Shown here piece by piece: positions 40,147-64,000 of a DNA stretch of 64,000 nt. Position 1 is the stretch's first letter. Each line of letters begins with the position of its first letter. The notes under the pieces are model-generated. The model had not been told where the DNA came from. It saw nothing but the letters and a program-made list of their open reading frames with translations, and did not search any database. The position numbers and the translations under genes were made by a program. The stretch comes from Antechinus flavipes (Eukaryota): contig NC_067400.1 of NCBI RefSeq assembly GCF_016432865.1, forward strand, positions 629,052,001 through 629,116,000, in the 5' to 3' direction.

Positions 40147-40479
40147 GACCTTCGGGGCGGTTCCGGAGCTAAGCAAGGATCACCTAGGAGGCCGAGTCTC
40201 CCGCGTCCTGCCCCTCAGTCCCCGCCGCCGTCCCGGTCCCTCTTCTCTCCCCGAACTGAGAAGGAACCGATAGACTGAGCAGAGTCCGGATAACCGGGGA
40301 GCGCCCCCCAGATGCTGGACGCCCCCACCTTGTCCCCAAACTCTGCCCAATTCCCCTCCCCAGCCCTTCACCCTGGGGCGCTCCGACCAGGCTCTAGCTC
40401 CCCTTTGCGCCCCCAAAGACGCTTCTCCTCTCCGGACCCGCCCCTTCCAACCAACGGGTCAATGGAAGCGCGCGGAGCC

Positions 40480-40770
40480 CGACTTGCCGGCCAATGGGAG
40501 AGAGCAGCGGGCCCCCCAACTCCCGTAGCGACGGTAAGGACGCCGTTGCTCCTGGCAACGTAAGAGCCAATAGTAGCGCGTGGTCAGCCCTAGAGGGCGG
40601 GCTCCGAAGGCAGAGTTCAGCTAGGAAGTGGTTGCCCGGAAAGCTGCCGGACCAATGGTGACCTGGAGGCCTCGGACCCGTTACCCAGAGCAACCAGGGG
40701 CCGAGGCGAATGCGCAGGGAGGACCGTCTTTAAGCCGACAGTCTGTGTTAGGCCCGGCGCAATGGCGTCT
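40480..40770. promoter_or_regulatory. DNAAF3 CpG promoter with an RFX X-box and CCAAT boxes
   Basis: GTTGCTCCTGGCAAC (40545-40559), typical of RFX-driven ciliary genes; CCAAT near 40490, 40567 and 40652; YY1-like caatggcg near 40760. Confidence 0.7.
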
Positions 40771-41199
40771 CCGGCTCTCCCCGTGCGTCCCTCGCTCAGC
40801 CGCACGCCCCTGCCCCGTCCCGCCCCGGCTCTCCCCGGCTCTCCCCGTACATCCCCCACAGCTGTACACCCCTGCCCCGTCCCGCCCCGGCTCTTTGTCG
40901 CTCCGGGAGTCTGAGGTTCCCCTACTGCCGCCTCCTTTCCATCACCAGCTATTCCTCGGAACCCTCTAGCGCCCGCCCTTGCACAAGCGGCTTCCCAGAT
41001 GGGTGGGGGGCCCGGCCGGGCCGCCACCTGCAGCCTTTCAGCGTGGTGGGCATCCTAGCAAATGGTGCACACAGGGATAAACGAGAGCACGTTTTATCGT
41101 ATTTAACGTATTTAGAGGCACGGAGCGCCAGGAGACGGTTCTGGTTCCGTTAAACTAAAAAGGGGTCGAACAAATAAAAGCGACGTAGCCAAGATTGGA

Positions 41200-42070
41200 A
41201 GAAAAGCAGAAAATGGACTTAGGGGTCTCTCAGATACAGCGCAAATATAGAGAGGGCTTTCTCAAATCTATAAGCATATGAGCCCTGTCCTCATCAATAA
41301 ATAGTGGAAGGATATGAAGTTTGTCACTGAAAAAATCAGAACCGTGAAGTCACGTGGGAAAGGCTCTGAATCACTGAGCAGAGAAACACAAAATGAAACA
41401 ACTTTGAGGTAGCTTCTCACACCTGCAGACTGGCTAAAATGATAGGAGGGGGAAACTACAAATACTGGAGAGGACGTGGGGAAAGTGGGACACCAAGACT
41501 GTTCATGGGACTGTGAATTTACCCGACCGTTTGGGAGAGTAAGCTGGAATTATGCCCGGACAATCAAACTCTATGCCTTTTGGCCCAGCGATAGCATTGG
41601 ATCCGTTTGCCCAAGTGATCAGGGAAAAAAAGGGGGAAAAAAACCCTACGTATTCTAAAATATTGATAATAGGTCTCCTTGTGGGGGCAAAGAACGGGAA
41701 ATCAACGTGAGCCCCACAATCCGGGAATGGCTGAACCAGTTTTGTGATGGAATTCTACTCAGTGCTACAAGGACGAGCCAGATGATTTTAGAAAAGCGTG
41801 GTAAGACTTGCATGAAAAACGAAGATGAAAATGAGCAGAACCAAAAGAACATTGTGCACGGTAACAACCATATTGTTCGAAGAAAAATTGAATGTTATAA
41901 ATATTCAAATCAACTACAGAGGAAGATGCTCCCCCCCTCCAGAGAAAGAAATAATAAAAAGAAGGATCTATAGCAAGATTTTATATATATTTATAAATCT
42001 GTATCAGACCATGGCTTTCTCTAGTGTGAGATGGGGGTGAAGGAGGGAGATGGTTCAAAACTTAAAATTT
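41200..42070 (+). mobile_element. LINE-1 3' fragment (ORF2 end and 3' UTR), decayed
   Basis: A-rich L1-like text (actttgaggtagcttctcacacctgcagactggctaaaatg; gaatggctgaacc...gatggaattctactcagtgct). Confidence 0.7.
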
Positions 42071-43010
42071 AACAAAAAAATTAATTTCTAAAAGAAATTA
42101 TTATTTACCTAGATGTACATCACTTTGCAAAGAGCTATGCAAATGGTAGCTGTGGTTTTAACTATGATCGTGAGTTTGGATTCACTTATTTGTGTATATA
42201 GCGTACCTACTAACACATGCACCCGGCTTCTTGGGGCAGGGCAGGGTTTATTTTTGTCTTGTATTCATAGTGCCTAGGGAAGTGGCTGGCACATCAGTAA
42301 ATGTTTAATAAATTTTGCTGACTGAAATGGAACTGAAGCAATCCTACCTCTACTCCAGCCTTCCTGCCTCCCGAGGACTCGGTTCTCCCATCCCTTCCAT
42401 TCTCCCAGATGGCCCTTTCCTTTCCAGTCCCCGAGTGATTAAGAGGTCACAAATCTTGAGCCTCTACTCCCTGGATCTAGTCTCTCAAGGATTCATAAAG
42501 CACCTACTATGTACAAGATGGAATCTAGATATTTGGAGACACCCAGCAAGCAGGCTGTGCTCTGACCTCGGTAGCAAGTTTTTGCATCCCGGATGATCTC
42601 CCCCTCTGGTAAAGTGTATTGTTTTGACCAGCACCAGGTGTTCTCTGGGATTTGTGACTTTGGATTTATTGGAGTTCCCCCTATTTCCCAGGGACCTGAG
42701 AGCCAGGAGCAGGGGATGGCTGCAGCGGAAAGCTTCCATCCCAGCTCCCGACAGCTAACGATTCCTGAACTCCTGTGCTTGCAGAACGGAACCGGGGATG
42801 GCTGCATTCACGCTCCCGCCAAATTAACCGGTTCTGGTTATCAAGGCCCAACAGCTTTTAAGACTGGAGACCATCACCCTGGACCAGATTGTTCCCACAG
42901 GACCCAGGAACATCTGCATTGTCCATGAATAAGCCTGCCTTGGAAGTGCTAATCCATGCCTAAGAATGATTGTTAGAGTCAAGCCTCTTGTGGTTTGGGG
43001 CATATATAAA

Positions 43011-43012
<2 letters not shown>

Positions 43013-43042
<30 letters not shown>
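43013..43042. repeat. (GT)15 microsatellite
   Basis: Direct reading. Confidence 0.95.
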
Positions 43043-43045
<3 letters not shown>

Positions 43046-43529
43046 TATATTGTGCAAGACATAAATATAATACAGAATATTAAATTATAATTATTAATAC
43101 ACAAGCCTCAGCATGTCGAGCCTTCCTTCTCAGGATGGGGGGCTTCCACTTGTTTTTTTCACTGGGACATAAACTGCTACTGGATCCTGACACACCTGCC
43201 TCTGTCCTGCTCGGCTCGGCTCCAGCCGCTCCCAGACTAGAGGCTGCTTCTGGTCCAGGTGACAGCATTAAGCATAAAGAGATATTTCCTGTCCTGCAAA
43301 GGAATCAGCATCCTACTGGGGGTGATAGGAGACCCCAGAGAATCGGCGATGTGGAGCAGAAAGACACTGTTCAGTCCAACCCCTGCATTTCATAGTTAGG
43401 CAAAGGTAAAGTGACCTGTCCCAGATAACCATCTGAGCCAGGATTTGAATCCAGTTCTTCCCGTCTACTAATATGTTCAATGGTGGTTTCTGAAGGAAGA
43501 GAGGCTGGCACCAAAGGGCAGACAGAAAG

Positions 43530-45060
43530 ACACGCTGAGTGTAGGGCATGGCCCATGAGTCGAGTCCCAAAGGAAGCCAGAGGATAGAGGACAGAGTGCA
43601 TTCTGGGAATGAGAGACAGCTGGACATAGGGTCAGAGATAGGAAATGGTGTCTTTCATGGGGAAGACCATGTAAATCAGGATGGCTAAAATATAGACCCT
43701 AGGAGGGAGAACATTGGGTAGGTAGTCAGCTCTGAAAGACTGGGAGGAGCCTTTTTCAGACACTGAATCTGGTCCTAGAAGGAGTTTTTGAGCAGAAATG
43801 AGCCATGCTTGGTTAACCTCAGGCTTCAGGAAAAACATTTTGACAACTGCGTGGAGGTCCCCGTGCGAGCTTTTGGTCCTTCGTCTCCACCCTGGCCTCC
43901 CTGGCTCCTTTTGAGTCTCAGCTACATCCCCAGCCTTTGCAAGAAATCTTCCTGATCCCTGTCATAGAGTGCTTTGCCTGGGAGCCCATCCCCATTTCGT
44001 CCTGTATATGTGGCTTGTGCTGCCCCCTTCGAGTGGGGGCTTGAGAGCAGGAACGCTCTGTCACCTTTCCTCATGTTTCCAGGACTTCGGACAGGGCCTG
44101 ACACAGCACAACTGCGAGCTGGGGGGCAGCGGGGTAGAGACGGACTGGCGCAGGAAGAAAGTGGACAGTGACCATCCGATGAGGAGTCTGTGGCAGACCA
44201 GCAACGGGGGCCACAGATAGGCTGGCAACCACACGCGTGGAAAGCAGGGGGAGCAAAATGGCCAAGCGCTGGCAGCTGGAGAGGAGGGGAGAAGGGGACA
44301 TCCGGGGCTGAGATTGGGAAGAGGGGCGACCTGGGATAGGGGAGTCCTCATCAGCAACGGCAGGAGGAGAGAGCGGAGACTCCCGGCCTGGGTAGGAGGC
44401 TTGTTTGGGGCGTGTTGACTTGGAAGCGCTTAGGAGCCAGCGGGCAGCTGGGAATGCACAGCTGAGGGAGGAGAAGTGGGTGTTTGAATCTGGCACTCGG
44501 CGGGCAGATGAAAACAGAGGAAGCCGATGAGGGCCCTGAGAGAGAGAATCTGGAGAGAAGGGGGCGGAGGAGAGAGCCTGGAGGCATGCCCGCAGTGAAG
44601 GGGGGGGGCAGAGCCCCAGCAAAGAGATGAGCACACATGGAGACCCAAGAGACACCAAGGAAGTGGTTTATCTGAGGGTGAAGGAAAGGGGAGAAGAGGG
44701 AGGAGGGAGGAGGGAGGAGGAAAGAGGGAGGAGGGAGGGGTCATTCGCATTAAATGTTGCATCAAAAGGTCACTTGATTTAATGTTTAAGCCACAGTAGG
44801 TGATCTTGGAGAGAGCAGCTGTAGCTGGTGAGGTCTACAGCCATTCCAAGGGATGGGAAACAAGCGGGAAAATAAGAGAACGGCCTGAGTGTAGACAGTT
44901 TGTGGGGAGGTTGACTATAAAAGAAAGGAGAGCTATAGGACAAGAGATGGCCTTAAAGGGGTCACGTGAAAGTGTCTTTCAAGAGTTGTGGAGACCTTGT
45001 TATACTGAAGGCTGCTGGGAAAGGGCTAACATGGAAATGAAGGGCGAAAGGGAACGCTGA
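43530..45060. mobile_element. L2 fragments
   Basis: ggagtttttgagcagaaatg...; ttgagagcaggaacgctctgtc; gtgatcttggagagagcagctgtagctgg...gagtgtagacagtttg. Boundaries are approximate. Confidence 0.55.
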
Positions 45061-45588
45061 TTGAAGGGGTCTAACCCCGTCAAGCACAGGGATGGAAGCA
45101 AAAGTAGGAAGGGCTGTCGGATCATGGGCCATGCAGGCAGAACACTTGTGGGTGCTGGGGATATCAAGGGTGTGGGCTTCCCCTTCTCCAAGGCCAGCCC
45201 ACCCCCATGGTCCAGGCTTACCTCTCCTCAGCTCAGAGCTCTCGGGGGCTCAGCCTCCCCCCCCAGTCCGTTCTGAGGAGCCTCCTCTTAAACCCCCTCT
45301 AAGGACCCAAGATTTTCTAAAGGATCAAGGAGCTAAGAGGCATCCTTTGCCCTGAGCCATCTCTCAGGCTCTCTCTAAGACAGCTTAGACTCCCTCTTTC
45401 TCTCCCTCCCCAGCCACTAACACGATCTGCAGGCTGTGACTTCCCAGAGATCAGGGAGACCCGGCCCAGTGTTCAGATGGAGAAACAGACCCTCGCAGGG
45501 TGGCTGCCTCCGTCCGGGCCTGGGTTCCCAAGCCTCGGCCTCTAGGATGCTGGTGGCAAGTGGGGTCTGGCCCTGGGCCCCGGAGCTT

Positions 45589-45609
45589 GGTGCTGTCCTT
45601 GGTTCTGAA
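45589..45609 (-). promoter_or_regulatory. Canonical REST/NRSF RE1 site
   Basis: Minus strand TTCAGAACCAAGGACAGCACC versus consensus TTCAGCACCACGGACAGCGCC; half-site spacing is canonical. Confidence 0.8.
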
Positions 45610-45738
45610 TGCAGGGAAATCGCCCCACAGCCAGCACAGCCCCCACCCCCGAGGCCCCAAGAAGACATTACTGCGACCTACCCAGAGCGCACCACGGCAC
45701 ACTGCGTGCAAACACCGGCTCGGAGGTAGGAGGACTGA

Positions 45739-45744
45739 TTTAAT
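45739..45744 (-). terminator. PTPRH polyadenylation signal (ATTAAA)
   Basis: tttaat on +, about 250 nt after the TAA. An AATAAA on + overlaps it at 45742-45747. Confidence 0.6.
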
Positions 45745-45993
45745 AAATTAAGACATAACATAGACAGGCTGTATTTGGGGGGGGGGCACAGTAGGAGTTC
45801 AGGGGCCTTCCTCATCTCCAGGAGGGCAGGGCTCAGCCCCTCAGACATCTCCCCATATCCACATCACTGATTGGATGGCACCGAGAGACCCAGACAGCTG
45901 GATGCCCTGCCCCTCCCCACCGGGTCCTCGCGGGTCCGGCTCCCGACCCCCAGGGGAGGGCACCCGAACCCTGAACCCCGGGAAGCAGGGCTC

Positions 45994-63411
<17,418 letters not shown>

Positions 63412-64000
63412 CTTAATGAGAAGAGAGAAGAAAAGCAGTGGGGAACAGCTTCCCAGGCTCCCCAGCACAGCTCCAGTCCCTCCCCAGTCCAGGTTCCCCC
63501 CACTCAGCTGCCAAAGCAAAGTGAATGTCAAAGTACAAGTGAACCAAGTCATGGTCCAGCTCCACAACCACCCCACGTCCATTGCATTAATAGACAAATT
63601 TACTTTCACCTTAAATAATGATGAAAGTATATGTACACTAAAGACTTGTTTTCAAAATAATTTTCGTTATGACTTACCAGCAAATGCTTGGTTTCTGTTT
63701 TATGTTCCTATATACTGGGTTCACATTAAAATTTTCCCAGTAAAAAAGGGTCATGAGTGGAAAGAGTTTGAGAAGCTCTGCTCTAGAGCAGTGATTTTCC
63801 AAGTATTCTCCCAAGGATCCTGGGGGTCTCTGAAACACTTTAATTCATTATTGCTTCTGATGTCTAATATGGTAAGCATCTATAAATATAACCCACATAA
63901 AGGAAAACTCTTTGGACAGAACCACAAAAATTGTTATTAGACTAAATGTAATGAGGGCAGTGGTCAGTAGCCTCACACTTTTGAGGACAGGTCGCGTGAA

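Noticed and set aside
44071-44658. 195-aa minus-strand ORF as a possible SYT5 remnant
   Set aside because: No TM or C2 motifs in any of the three minus frames I translated.

Overview
GC-rich mammalian region syntenic with human 19q13.4. It is probably marsupial, inferred from CORE-SINE/MAR1-type SINEs and the style of the L1 and ERV sequences. I resolved five minus-strand genes exon by exon from GT-AG boundaries and reading-frame continuity: PPP1R12C (21 coding exons, 687 aa), TNNT1 (262 aa), TNNI3 (215 aa), DNAAF3 (1142 aa) and the 3' part of PTPRH, whose 5' end lies beyond the window. Main departures from the familiar eutherian locus: (1) DNAAF3's last exon carries about 21 in-frame 27/28-aa repeats, roughly doubling the protein. 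(2) SYT5 is not found between DNAAF3 and PTPRH, yet a near-perfect REST/RE1 site and a donor-flanked candidate exon sit where its promoter should be. (3) PTPRH's ectodomain appears to be expanding as a tandem array of ~1.7-1.9 kb FN3-exon units, including a mosaic unit and a frameshifted unit. (4) A decayed betaretrovirus-like provirus interrupts that array; its 3' LTR is reduced to 8 nt and it carries a 4x hairpin element. (5) PPP1R12C lacks the exon that in human carries the KTGS/RSAS 14-3-3/AMPK sites. Three N-gaps are present. Comparisons with human sequences are from memory and need alignment to confirm.
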